Shown here one piece after another: positions 1-12,806 of a DNA stretch of 64,000 nucleotides. Each line of letters opens with the position of its first letter. Position 1 is the first letter of the stretch. Under the pieces are notes generated by a model that saw only the letters and a list, made by a program, of their open reading frames with translations, did no database searches and was not told where the DNA came from. Source of the stretch: Callorhinchus milii (Eukaryota); NCBI RefSeq assembly GCF_018977255.1, contig NW_024704743.1, positions 69,442,001-69,506,000 on the forward strand, read 5' to 3'. The position numbers and the translations under genes were made by a program.

Positions 1-1802
1 TCCATGCCGTGAGTTGGGCAATTATTTCTTGTTCCATGTTTCTGCAGAACCATGCCATAGAATATCGATGATTTGTGTCACCAGCCAGTATGTTCAAAGC
101 CAACAAAATACAATCCAAACTCCAAAATAATGTCTTTTTGGAAGAGTTATGGAAACATGGTCATGGCCAGATAGCATCGACTCCATTTTGTAAAGAGTCT
201 TAATCGTCATGGAAAGAGGAGCACACTTTAGGTGAAATTACACTGGAAAATAACCGACAGAGTTGAAATAAATCAATTTGAAATGGGAAATGGTATTATC
301 AATAGGGATTTTAAACAATGCACATCATATGATGTAATTTTTTTCAGAGTACTGTATTTCTTCCATGTAATGGAATAGGTCTGAAAATGTGCCAATCCTA
401 TGTATCAAACTCTGAAGAGGTTGGAAGTAAAGTTGAAGTACTAGGATAGAAATGTTACGCAGATGTTAATCCTGGTAGCTGATAAATCCAGTCTATGTGG
501 TCCAATGCCTGTGTTTACTATCTCTCCAAAACTTACATTGTGGGGGATGTGAAAAAGTAATGTGGAAAAACACAGCTGAAAGCTTCTTGGTGTTTAAATC
601 ACTTTGGGATAACAAGTCACTACTGAGTCTCATTTCTTATTTCCTGCAATAAAGAACCTGCTACTCCCTAACCGGTTGTTAAAATGTTAATGGTGTGTGG
701 TTAAAACATTACAGTTGGAAAATGTTGTGTCATTTTATTCCTATCCAGAGACTGAAACATGAGATCCAACTCTGAACCTTTAAACTAACTAAAAGTGAAT
801 GCCTTTCACATCTGAGTAAACAGACTATATCCAATTTTCTAAAATCCATTTTACTTAAAGACACAATATATCACAAGAAATCATCACAAGTACTTTACAT
901 TTCATTTTCATTTTACAAAAGTATTGTAAATTAAACAACCCCAGAAAAAAGTCTCAAATAATTAATCTTCACCATCTCTAGCTAATGCCTAAAGTGTTAG
1001 ATCTCTATGTGATTTGTCACAATACTAGTGTGTGTGAACTAGCTGTCATTGCTACAGCTAAACATAGTCAAACTTAGTCAAAGGAATAGACAACAATATA
1101 GGTGATTGATAATTGAGGTTTCAAGTTGCTGCTCGGGATTAGAATATTTTCATTATTTTAATAGAGCATTTCTAATATACTAATAATCTTTGCATTTGAT
1201 ATATCACCAGGAGGATACCTCAAAGTGCTTCACAGGAATATGAATTTTGTTGGCGAACAAATATATTGAAAATATTTTCTGTGATCAATTTGACTATCCC
1301 ATCACCTACCGCATTTTAAGATAGTGGTTTTAAGGCTAAAAACCTGTGTCATTTCGGTCCTCAGGTACCTCAGAATAAAATGTTATTTTTGAGCGGTTGG
1401 TTCAACCAATGTGCCAATTATTTTCTAATGATAGAAAAAGCAAAGGCATGAACATGCATCTTTGAGAAGGTTCCTGGTGTCAAAGAATGTGAATATTCAC
1501 TTGAAACTGCAGGGAAAAGACCATTCAAAATATTATGTTATTCTTCCTTATTTGTGTCAGCAACCCGAATGACTGAAGCAATACCAAAGGGTTGCACCAT
1601 TTAGAACACATTTTAACAGTTATATTTTAAGACAAAATTTGATTGTCCTCAAGATATTGAAATAATGTTAACAATATCTATTACATTTTATTTAAAGTAC
1701 ACTTTAACAGGTCTGTGCAAATGAATGGAAGGTAAATTGCATTTAAATATGATCTGAGTACATATAGCTTTTACAACATTATTGTACTTATTGTGAGACA
1801 CA

Positions 1803-2100
1803 AGTGTCAGTCTGGCTCAGTTCATAGCACTCTTGCTTCTGAGTTGGAAGGTTTTGGGTTCAAGCCGTATGTTGGAACTTTGAGGTAGGTCTAGGCTGAC
1901 ACTTTAATGCAATATTAAATAAGTAATATATTGTCGAAGGTGCCATCGTTTGTGTGAGTTAAATCAATATCCTATCCCCCTGTTAAGGTGTTGTAAAAAG
2001 ATCCCATGACACATTTGAAAAGACAAGGGAGTTTTGTCCAATGTACTGGCCAACAATCCTCCAGATCAATTAATCAATTACATCATGGTTGTTTGTGGAA
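1803..2100 (+). mobile_element. Decayed Deu-type SINE (SacSINE1/AmnSINE-like)
   Basis: tRNA-like head (tggctcagttcatagcactcttgcttctgag...gggttcaag) followed by Deu-like body (ctaggctgacact...ggtgccatcgttt...aaagatcccatgacacattt). Homologous to copies at 14455, 30362, 32410 and 56715. Family name from recall. Confidence 0.7.
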
Positions 2101-2349
2101 TATATATGTGTATGTTCTTTACAGAAATTTATTGAGATTTATTGGCATTATATCAAATGCATATGAATTGGTCTATTATTTATCATTGACTACCAGAAAT
2201 TGCTGTAGTGGAAAAAATGGTCCAGTTATTTTCAAACAAGAATAAAGAAGTTTTATATAATATACCTAGTCCATGTTAATATAATATTGGTCCATGTTAC
2301 TCATGATCATTTAGGATATATGTACTTTTTGGATACCCATGCTTACTTG

Positions 2350-2745
2350 ATAGGGATTTTTAAAACCCTATTGTAATCTCTGCTGACCCCCTTGGTCCAA
2401 TCTCCAAGATTTGTCAATGAAGTTATCTCGATAAATGCTCCTGTGTCCCATCCCCACTGGAGACCAGGCTCTGTTTGGTGCCTGGTGGTTCCAGGCCAGG
2501 TCTGGTCCATAATGGCGGAGTTGGAACCAGTCGCTCTGCAGGTCACCATGAAGCTGGTGAGTGTGACGGAGTGTGACTGGACAGGGCAAACCGGCAAAAC
2601 TTCCACTGACAAGTCTTGGATTGTAAAAACAACTGTGGACATGGTCCACATGGTGTGCCAATTGTTGCATTTCGGCAGATTTTATTTCTTAATATATGCA
2701 TGATTTCTCTGGTCAGCTCTCTTGCTTGCACCTGAATCCTGTACG
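2350..2745 (-). mobile_element. Possible degenerate Gypsy LTR-retrotransposon gag zinc-knuckle/protease relic
   Basis: Minus-strand translation gives FRCKQES*PEKSCIY*E..ICR(K)CNNWH across frameshifts, resembling a double CCHC knuckle. About 220 nt downstream it gives WDTGAFIEITS (DTGA at 2436-2447), the aspartic-protease motif, in the expected order. Confidence 0.4.
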
Positions 2746-2966
2746 ATACCTTTCGAATCTCCCAGCATTACACAAACTTGGTCAGTTACCTCCCACTCTA
2801 GAGCTATCTCAGGCCTGTGACGCGTTGCCATTCCATGGACTACATTGGGAATTCAGAACTAATTCATTCAGGATCACCACAAGAATAATTCTAATCCTAA
2901 ATCATTCTTACATTTGTTATAGTGTATTTGCATCAAGTGCTTTACAGGGTATACTGTACTATAAAC

Positions 2967-3175
2967 CAGTGGTGGCCAACCCATCATCTGTGGGCAGGAA
3001 GTAACCACTAGAGCCCATAAGAAGCAGTCCCCGAACATTCGCTCTAGTCTAGTTAAGTCCACGTTTGATCTGTAGTGTTTTCACATTTTTCTCAGTTGAA
3101 TATTTCTAGATTTATGACATAAATCAAGAAATATTCAATCAAGAACATCAATTTTGTTGGCCGACCAGAAAGGTG
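2967..3175. mobile_element. hAT-type MITE, partial, opposite orientation to the 32498 copy
   Basis: Starts with TIR cagtggtggccaacc and has a central palindrome at 3096-3138 (ttgaatatttctagatttatg-a-cataaatcaagaaatattcaa). Homologous to 32498-32766 and 36143-36250. Confidence 0.7.
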
Positions 3176-3809
3176 AGCTGAAGAAGTGAGTTCATTACAA
3201 AATTTCTGAATTCCCAATGGGAAGGCAAAATGCCTGAGGTGGGTGATATAAACTGTTGTGACTGTGTGTTTTGTGTGTGAACATGGCAGCTAATTTGTGT
3301 ACAGCAATATCCCACAAACAACCATGAAGTGAATGACCAATTTTATGTGGCAAGGATCTTTATAATAATGGCAGATTATAAATATAATGGATGTACAGTT
3401 AACCATAGGGGTGGACGCATTTACTCCTATATTTTCTCAAATTCATTCCTTTTATTGTTTGCCTACTTATGCCAGCAGCTATTCCCTTTACATCAGTAAA
3501 TATACACATCTGCCTTCAGAGTTACTGGTGCTGCTCAATATGTGTCAGTAATAAATGATAGCAGAAAATCCCATTAGCTTTACTGTGATTCTACACCGCA
3601 GGCAATGCACACAATTGTTTGAGTCACTGCATACTCAAGTTGTTTTAACACACCAGCCTGTACATAAACCCCATCTTCCATTCCCCCTTTACTGCTAGTC
3701 CCGACTGGACAGTTGAGTCAGAGCAGAAACAGCAGAAAGGGCTATGATTTCAATCTGCTGTTAATGAAAGACTCTATGGTAATGTCCCCTACCCTGTTTG
3801 AACGACAGT

Positions 3810-3966
3810 AAGAATTTCCTTTTATATAACGGCCTTCATTCAGGATAAAGTCTCGGGTCGCTGTACAGTAGTGGAGTTGGACCCTGAGCAAGGAGGAAGG
3901 GGATAAGGGGAGGTGACCATAGGTGCAATCAAAGAGATAGGTCTTAAGGTGGGATTTAAGGTGGGA
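3810..3966 (-). mobile_element. L2 LINE 3' end fragment
   Basis: Similar to the L2 3' UTR copies at 28029-28535 and 43765-44398. Confidence 0.55.
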
Positions 3967-3969
3967 CGT

Positions 3970-4321
3970 GGAGTCTTGTAGCTTAGTGGTTAGAGCACTC
4001 ACTTCGCAAGCGAGAGACCTGGGTTCAATTCCCGGCAGGGCGAAACGTTGTGCAAGTTTCCTTAATCCACACACCTCTGTTTACCTAACAGTAAGCAGGA
4101 ACCTGGCTGTTAATCAACTCGCAGATTGTTTTTTCCGGGGGTAATAATTTCCTCAAAAAAACATTTGGTCACTCAATGCTGTGCCCAATTGGCTGCTGTG
4201 TTTCACAAAAAAAAGTCAATTCACTCTATAGTATATTCTGTCAAGCGCTTTGAGATGTTTTGAAGATGTGATAAGGCACTATACCAAATGCAAGGATTAC
4301 TGTTATTATTATTATTATTAT
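3970..4321 (+). mobile_element. tRNA-derived SINE, older/long subfamily
   Basis: ggagtcttgtagcttagtggttagagc head with A/B boxes (gggttcaattccc), ~65-nt internal segment ctctgtttacctaacagtaagcaggaacc, and 3' tail caaggatt(att)n. Confidence 0.9.
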
Positions 4322-4329
4322 TTAAAAAA

Positions 4330-4540
4330 AGCAACAAAATTGCATTTATATCATGCCTTTCACATCAGGTGGACGTTCCAAGGTTCTGGACAGTTGAGGA
4401 TTTCCAAACCCCTTGGGGATCGTATTTGGGGGGAGGGGGTGGCGTCAAAAGGGAGTTGGGGTGGTGGGCGAAAGATAACCAAAGGTATGGTCAAGGCAGA
4501 TAAAAAGGGAGCGAGGCAGAGGGATTGAGGCAGGGAATGG
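4330..4540 (-). mobile_element. L2 LINE 3' end fragment
   Basis: caacaaaattgcatttatatcatgcctttcacatc... matches the reverse complement of the L2 3' terminus. Confidence 0.6.
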
Positions 4541-5777
4541 CTCTGCCTCTTTCAGCTGCTCCTCTGGAGCTGGAGTGTGGCTGCCCACAATGGTCACACT
4601 TACTTACCTTCTAATTTCTGTTTGGGATAATGAGTTAATGAGTTATTGTGCTTGTGTTTAATTGATGCCAAATTGTATCTCTGCTCCTTGTATAAACAAA
4701 TGTGAAAAAAACATTAATGTGGGACTAAATCGCTTGGAGCAATTGAGTTAAAAACAAGTCGGAGAAGTCATTCCAAAAAATCAATTACTGATACAATATC
4801 TATTCTACTATTCATTTTGCATGCAAAGAGTGGAGCAAACCATGACGGGATTTGAAAACCAGAATAAGGATCTTTAACGGGACCAACTGAGGTACTGAGA
4901 GCTGTACTGAGATTGGTAAGGTAGGGGAGGATGAGAATAACGGGTGCTTGATTCCTTGAGCAGGAGAGAACTTGGGCTGCAGACTTTTGGATCAGGTTGA
5001 AGTTTCTGGCGAGTGGAGCGTGGGCGGTTGGGAGGAGAAGCTAGGGAAAATCTACAACATACATAGGCAGCTTGATATAGTTCAAAAATGTTTTTCAACT
5101 TTGACCAGTGTGAGATATTCCTTTTCTGTTATAGACCTGTTAAACTAATTTAAAATGGAGAGAGTAGGCAGGGCAGACCTTCTGCTGTGATTGAATGACT
5201 GACGCTGAACTATCACATGCTGTTGATCATTAAGTAGCTCACTTTTCCATGACATGCTCTGCACTTTCAGCTATTACTCTGCAAAGGGCAATAACATTGC
5301 TTAGCAAAGCAGGAGGCTGTCATTATAAGCAACAACAACTTGCATTTAGTATATAGCAGCAGTAACAGTATAAGTTAAAATGTAATGAAATGCATTATTT
5401 ATGTACCATAAATTAAGCACAATGTCAGATAAAGCAGCAGCCTACATTACCCACTTTTGATTGCTGCACAGTTGCACCACATCCAAAAATAATACAAGAA
5501 TGCCATTTTCCATTTTCTCAGGCTAGACTGTAAGTAGATACCGTACCATATGCTTTTTAGTTTATTATCATTTCATCTTCTAGTATTCAGAGGCTGGTTT
5601 CAAGGTTTTCCTTCACCAATAGCTGATGTGTTCTGCAAAATATTACTATGACTATGGGGTCAAATATGTAGTGTATCAAAACGATTTCATACTCTCCCAC
5701 CCAATCCCGCCATTCTGCAAACTGTTGTCTACTCCACATCCCATACCATCTTACTCAACCACTAGGGCACACGCAAC

Positions 5778-5985
5778 AACAACAATTTACACTTATATAA
5801 TACCTTTCACACGAGTTGCGTCTCAGAACGCTTAACAGCAGTGTGGTTTGATGCTGAACTGGAAAGAGAGGGGAGATAACCAAAAGCATGGTTGTAGAAC
5901 AAAGTCTTCAGGTGTGATTTGAAGATGGGCAAAGAGGGAATAAGATGGAAGGATTGAGACCAGGAGTTCCAGAGACTCAGGCATT
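5778..5985 (-). mobile_element. L2 LINE 3' end fragment
   Basis: (caa)n tail. Minus-strand translation includes LWNSW..LPIFKSHLKTLFYNHAF, the L2 ORF2 C-terminus. Confidence 0.65.
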
Positions 5986-5989
5986 TCCA

Positions 5990-6320
5990 CATGTCATTGA
6001 CACAACTGATAAACCTATCCCCATGTTTAAGAGTATTTAAACTAAACTGAAAGTTCCATGCATCCCACCTACACATGTTCAGGTGAATATTAGAGATCCC
6101 ATTTCACTATTTGAAAAGTGAAGGAAGGTTGGCCCGGTATCCTAGCCAACAATCCCCCAAATAAAATTGGTCACTTTTTCCAAGGCTGTTTGTGGGACAA
6201 CACTATGCACAAATTGACTGCTGCCTAAAAAATACACAGTCACTAAGCTTTACAGTGAGCGCTTTCAGACGTCTTTCTGATGTGAAAGATACCATATCAA
6301 ATGAAAGTATGATTATTAGG
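5990..6320. mobile_element. 3' fragment of the CCHC-LINE family (5990-6075) followed by the 3' half of a Deu-type SINE (6075-6320, +)
   Basis: First part matches 12830-12908. Second part matches the Deu-SINE body (tgttcaggtgaatattagagatcccat...tggtcact...gtttgtgggac). Confidence 0.6.
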
Positions 6321-7504
6321 TAAATTCTAATTTGCTACAATAGGAAAAGCAATCTGAACATTTTACCTTTGGCCAGTGTTCAGCTACTATTTAATAGTAG
6401 ATGGACATTACATCAGATCATTTCAATTCCTTTGGCTCTGAAACCAAACATTTATATTTGTATTCTTTATATTACATGTATTCTACAACACTCAGAGTCA
6501 GCTAAGGATAGGATTGACTACCCACTGAGACACAATTAATATATGTGCTTCACATTAAGCTGAAAGCAGAACACTTCATTTTCTGGTAAGTAAATTGATT
6601 TGAATTTCCCTCTGATTTTTTTCCGTGCTGTGTTCTAATAATCCTCTTGTCTACAGATAAATCTTCTAAACTCTCAGTTTGTTCTCTTGGTAATTACCTT
6701 TAATCTATCCCCTTTAGTTAGTGACTCACTGACCAGTGGAAATTCTTTCACTCGAATGTCTCATTCCCATTCACAAATGGTGCAGATTATAGATTATCCA
6801 TTTGGGGTCATGCTAGACCAATTTAGATTAACCCAGCAACAGAATCATATTGGTATAGTTGGAGTTTAGCCTTTTGAGGGCATTTTCTACTCCATATTTT
6901 GTGCCAATGGCAGTGTTAAAGCATATGTAGAATAACTGCATTTGAATTGCAGTTTATTTGGGTCTTTTCATCATATGAAGTATTAAGGGATCAGGCGAAA
7001 GGGTGGGGTATTGGGTTTAAAACATCTGGCAAGATTTTAATAAATAGAGGAACAGGCTCGATGGACTGAATTTCTTGGTTTCTTATATTCCTGTGTGAGA
7101 CTACCACAAGGAGGCTGTCTTGCAAAATGATGGAGGCTTCACACTAGTTTAAGTATAAATGGGACCATGCAAAGGACCACCCTTAAAGTCTCCAATAGAG
7201 CCAACAAGACAATTGGTTCTTTGGTAACATAAAATGCTGTTTAAAACATATGTGTGGAGCTCTGGTTTCTCTATTTAAGAACAGTGTGAATGGCTCAGTG
7301 TATAACTTGGCTCCCCAAATATTACTGAAGAATAAAAACAACAAATTAAGGCTAGTTTTCGACGAATGAAAATATTTCATGCTTCCATTTTCCAAATCTG
7401 ATGGTGAGAACTCAAAAAACATTTGGTAAGAAATAAAATTGGTAGAAAGGTGGCAGAATTGGTAACATAAAAAGTAAAAATAGGATATTTTAGTAAAGAA
7501 GAAT

Positions 7505-7922
7505 AAAAGGAAAGTACATGTCTGGAAATGGAATGGCATTCTCTCCTGGAAGAATGTAACCTGCTTACTTAATTCAGGAGATCATTAGGTTGGCAAGGAA
7601 CCAAGACTCAGGGACCCTAGAATGTTTGTTAGGATACTGCTGGAGCTTAACTAGCTGAATCCACTTTGTTTACCATTGAGAGTACTGTCTGGCAAGCTTC
7701 CACTTCTTATCCAGCTAGCACCACCATTAAGATTATGGCTTGCAGGGTTAGTAGAAACTGAGTGGGAAGAATCCTTGTTCCCAGTGACAGATCTGCCCCT
7801 CAAAGTCCTGCCGATGAGCCAAGCTGTCATCAGCAGTGCCCCAGAGAACTGCAGACCTGCCTGGCTCATCAACTGGACACCCAGAGGATTGACTGGATTC
7901 CAACATTCTGTTGCTTTCCACA
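7505..7922 (-). mobile_element. 3' UTR fragment of unclassified CCHC-LINE family
   Basis: Collinear similarity to 12900-13360 (tggaatggcattctctcctgga...cctgcttacttaattcagga...gtcatcagcagtgccccaga). Confidence 0.75.
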
Positions 7923-7972
7923 AAACTTTAGATACAGCTCAGCCCCAAGCAGACCCCACTTTATTTACCCAC

Positions 7973-8447
7973 CTACAACAACAACAACTTACATTCATAT
8001 AGCGCCCTTCACTCGGGTAGTATCTCAGAGTGCTTACCCATGGCAGAGTAGGTAGGCATGGGCAAAGAGAAAGGTCTTCAGGTGCGATCTGAAGATGTGC
8101 AAGTGGCAGAAAGATGGAGGGAATATGAGTTCCAGAGCTTAGAGGCATAGTGGCTGAAAACACGACTGCCTATGGTGGAGCGGAGGGGATGAGGGACATG
8201 TAGGAGGCCGAAGACAGCTGAGCGAAGGGGAAGGTACAGGATTTGTCTGTAAACAGGTTGGAGAGGTAAACAGGTTGGTCACTCAACTCACGACTGTTTG
8301 TGGCACACTGTTGTGTGCAATTGGCTGCTGCGTTTTGCACACAAATATACAGTCAATTCACTTTACAGTATATTCTGTGAAGCGTTTTGAGATGTCTGGA
8401 AGATGTGAAAAGTGCTATATCAAATGCAAAGATTATTACTATTATTT
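7973..8447. mobile_element. L2 3' fragment (-, 7973-8270) plus SINE 3' half (+, 8275-8447)
   Basis: (caa)n tail and L2 3' UTR on the minus strand, then ttggtcactc...gactgtttgtggc...tcaaatgcaaagattatt on the plus strand. Confidence 0.7.
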
Positions 8448-9519
8448 AATCTAACTTAAAGTTTAATGAAGATATAAAATTGCTCAGCAGTGTTTTGATT
8501 TTCAAAATATGATGGTTCAAATAACTGGAAAGAGGATAATCTGTAGTCAGTACTATAGAATCTGACCTTCCTTCTGAACTTGCTCCCCCTCCCTCTTCTT
8601 CTTTGCTTGGGGTCCAACCCCACCATTGTACAGCACTCCAAGACTCTCTACTGCATGAAGGGCACTATATAAATGCAAGTTATTGTTGGTGCCATGGATG
8701 CACTTAGAGTTAAGAACTTGCTAGGCGAAAGAAGACCAAGGTCCATCTAATTCCCCTTCCATCATCCTGGCAGTCACTTGACATGTCATGTTCCAAAGTA
8801 TATAATGTATCCAGAGATAATATTTTCTATCAGATATCTATCTAATTTGTTCCTGAAACGAACGTCACTTTTTGCTTCTACAGTCTCCCTAATAAGAACA
8901 TAAGAACTCAACTCATATCAGAGTTCATCTGTGGTCAATTTCAGAGCACAGACCTCTTCATAACATTATTGAGGCAATGTGATAGCTGTCTCAATATAGT
9001 TGCATACTTACAAACATTCCTGTATAGATACAACTACAGTGTACAGATGAGCAGAAGGGGTTACCGTTTCTCTTTGTTTGCTGATGTGGTCGGATTGGAA
9101 CTGTGGAACCAGTGGTTGGCTTCAACGGCAGTATTTATTAGTTCCAGAAGTCAAGCAGAGAAAGACTGAATTCCCTCCAAGTCTCTGAAAAGTGATCACT
9201 GGAGCCAAATTCATCTTCAGTTCACAAGCAAAGCCATCCAGTTGGATTATATCAGTCCCACTGACACCTTTCTTTCCTACAGCAGAAAGAGTGTTATGAC
9301 TGATAATGCAAGTAGCAATTTGAGGGCAGATCCAAAACATCGTTCAAAGTCATAGCTTCGGTCATTGTAGAGTGAGCCATCCACATAACAATATCCTAAA
9401 TCCATATCCAAATGCTGTTGGCTCCAAAGTGGTTGCAGAATTAATTCACCACCAAATCTAAGTCCTAAAATTTGTCATGGTCTTAGCCTGAAGGACATTG
9501 CCTTAAAATTTATAATTGC

Positions 9520-9890
9520 GTAGGATTTTGGAACATTCATCTTAAATTCATCTTTATTTGGAAACCAATTTTCTGCATTTCTTAAAAACAACTAGGATTG
9601 TTTTCCAATTCAATACTAAAATTAATAGTTTTCTTAAATTTTGTTTGCCTACAAAATTCCACCTGGTCTCAAATACTAGGAATATTTATCTTACATTTTA
9701 AGATCGTGCGGAATCATTGGCAAATTCTTAAATTCAATCTTAATTTGAAAGCTGGTTATTTTTAAGAACTGCGGAAAAACAGCTTTTAAATTAAGACTGG
9801 ATGTTAGAACTTTCTGCACAACCTTAAACATTTGAGGTAGGTTTTAAGGTTGTGCAGAATCGTGGATAGTTCTTAAATCCAGTTCATAAA
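9520..9890. repeat. Cluster of nested inverted repeats, related to the MITE at 19271
   Basis: Perfect 17-bp hairpin arms at 9812-9828 and 9843-9859, plus tcttaatttgaaagctg / cagcttttaaattaaga. Shares ttggcaaattcttaaat with ~19320. Confidence 0.7.
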
Positions 9891-10849
9891 TCTATTGTAT
9901 TGAAAATAAACTTCAGAAAAAGTATTTCAGTGTTTGAAGTGTTTTGCGGATTGAGATGAACTAGAAATGAAGTGAATGTTATATAGACAAAAGATGCAGC
10001 CAATATGCGTTCACATTGCAATATTCTCAAGACACATTGTAGTTAGATTTAAATTCAAAAGAAAGTGATTGAAAAATTAAAAAAATGGATAAGAATAAAT
10101 AGAAGAAAACATAGGCAAGGAAGAAAGAAAAAGAACAAGAAAAAAGTGAAGAAAAATTAAACGGAAAAAAGAGAGGTGGAGAGATGAAATTCAGAACAGC
10201 AGCCAATATGTTGATCCGGAGAGGGTTAGGGGTCTTGATCAGGCACAGTTCCACTGTAGCTTCTGTTTTTGTGTGTGTGACTCGTTGGCTGGTAACACAG
10301 TATCAGAGTCCCTCTGGTTCTTTCTTATTGTTCGTCCAGTTTGTTTGACAGGCGGAGGAGGTGAGCTACGACCACCCATTGTGTGAGCAAAGATGAGTCA
10401 TCAGCTGCACTGACAGAAATGCAACCTGATATGAATTGGACAGTGCTGTTGTTTCAATAACGGCAATGACAGCCCCAACAGCTGTAGAAAGGATCATACT
10501 TTCCGACTTCCCTTACAAGCTGCTTGCCAAATGAGATTAATACCATTGTTTACAAGCACCAACCGTGGATACAACCTAAATCTAAGACACAGGCGAGGTG
10601 AGAGGGAAACACGAAGAAATAACAGCTTGAATTTATATAGCGCCCCTCAGGCAGAGTAGTATCCCGTGCCTTCGGCCATCGTCCTACCCTCACCCTCCCT
10701 GATCCTAACTCACCCCCCTCCCCCTTCCGCTTGGATCCTAATCCCTGACAATTCAGCTCCTTGGGACGTCCTCCTGACGTGAAAGGCGTTTTACAAATAT
10801 AATGTTGTATTGTATTGTATCCCAGAACATAAGAAAGTAAGAAGGAAAG

Positions 10850-11420
10850 ACTTTTATTTTTCTAGTATGTTTATTATGTCAAATTGTCTCAAAGCGCTTC
10901 AGGGTAATTATTAGAAAATGTAATATGTTTTTGTAGGCAAATATGGCAGACGTTTTGGACACTGCAGTTTCCACAGCACTCTATGTCGCTGTCCTGATTG
11001 GAGGGTGCTATATAAATGCAAATTGTTATTGTTCCTCAAATAGCCATGATGTCAATGACCCATCAAAGCAATAGTTTGGCAGGACATCTCTTTTCAAATA
11101 CTGTAATATCACAACCTGATCCACCTTTAACATTCACCTGAGGAACAGTCAGAAGGCAACTTGGTTTAACATGTCAATCAAAAGAGCTATGTAGCTCCCC
11201 TTGTACTCCACTGGAATGTTTACCCAGATGCTAGTAGTAGTAATAATAATAATCCTTACATTTGGTTTAGCACCTTTCATGTTGGGAGGACATTGCAAAG
11301 AGCTTCAAGGAATATACTGTAAATTGCAGTGAATGTTTGTTTTGTGTGGGTGAATAAAAAGCTCAAGTCCTAATGTGAGCCTTGTATTCACAATCTTCTG
11401 ACCCAGAGGTAATTGTGTTC
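10850..11420 (-). mobile_element. Decayed Deu-type SINE interrupted by a SINE 3' tail fragment (~11240-11355)
   Basis: Reverse-complement matches to the Deu body (gtttaacatgtc...ctccactggaatg) and head (ttctgacccagagg). Confidence 0.5.
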
Positions 11421-12806
11421 AGGATAATTGATATTCATAAGAACAATAGTTTTGTTGTTGAGGAGCCTAGAGCAGGAATGTTGCATGGCAGTGCTAAGTG
11501 TTAAATCCAAAAGGAAATCGTTAGACACAGAAGACAGAGATCAATTAATGTCTCATTGGGAAAAGCTATAACTGCCTAAGGTATTTCTCCTTAGGAGTAA
11601 TGGAAGGACAGTAGGATGGATTTCCTGGAAGAATGAGATCAATGAGCTAAACAGCCTTCACCTGAAAGAGTGTTTGTAATCTGCAGTTGAGCTTTGCTAC
11701 ACAACTCTACAAATATGAGCCTTTAATCAATTTAGTTTACTGACTAGAATTGGCTGGAACAAATAATGAAAAGGGTTTGTAACCGTTCGACAAAATTAAG
11801 AATATGGAACTATACACAAGTCTATTAACAGAATCCCCAACTCTCCATGCGCATTTCCATCTAATGGCTAATACTGACCTGAAAAATAATCCTTGAGGTT
11901 TCTTGAGAAAGCAGAAACAAAGTGCACTAAACTCCAAACTCCAATGCTTGAGCTAAACATACAATTTGCTTTTCAAGACATAAAGTAATTTAATCTAGCA
12001 TTTAAAGTAATTTAACGTTATACATTAACAAATAATAGTAAGGCAATGACTGGATTAAGAAGATCATGAAATTCCTCGGTAGGAATGATATGATTCCTAC
12101 CAATGTAGTAAATCATTGAAAAGTGCTGCTATTCACAGGGTACAAGAACTATTAAATTATTAATTAAATGCAACTGTATCCAAATTTCATTTAACTGGAA
12201 TCATCAATCATTTTAGGCACAGTATTGGCTTCAGCCTAAACTCATGTGATATTTCATCAGTTATAAAGTTATATCAATCACTTATTCCTCACATTGAGGT
12301 AGAATTACTGTAGATGCAGTGTACATTATATGCAAACTTAGTAACTTATAGAACCTTTCTATTGTAATATGTCTAATTAATTTCATAAAATTGCAGTAAT
12401 TATAGCACTAGAAGCAACGCATTCAGCTCACCCAAGCTACACTGGTGCCAGCTCCTCCCAATTGAAGTTAATTATTGTGATGTTAATTCCTTGTTTTTTT
12501 TCTTGTGCCGATTTACTTATACTGTTTTTCTTCAAATGTTCGACCATGTCCCTTTTAAACGTTGTATGATCTTGATCCCTATAGCCACCGTTCTACTAAC
12601 CTTTCACATGAAAAAAACTTCTAACTTCCCATCACCTCTTCCAGTTACAATCTGGGCTATGACCCAATGATCTTTATGTATCCCCATGTTAATAGTTTCT
12701 CTTCTGCTGCCAATAACTATGCTTGGAGTCAATATCTCTACATTTAAATACTGCCGGAAGTTGTGGTTGAAGTAAAAAGCATTAATGTACTGAAGAGGAA
12801 GCATGA

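Noticed and set aside
26..235. Acceptor-like ttcttgttccatgtttctgcag followed by a possible exon
   Set aside because: All three frames hit stops within ~85 nt and no protein similarity is recognisable.
9277..9475. Minus-strand open frame containing YCYVDGS and a hydrophobic C-terminus
   Set aside because: Only ~66 codons, with no supporting RNase H motifs, no recognisable homology and no clear splice context.
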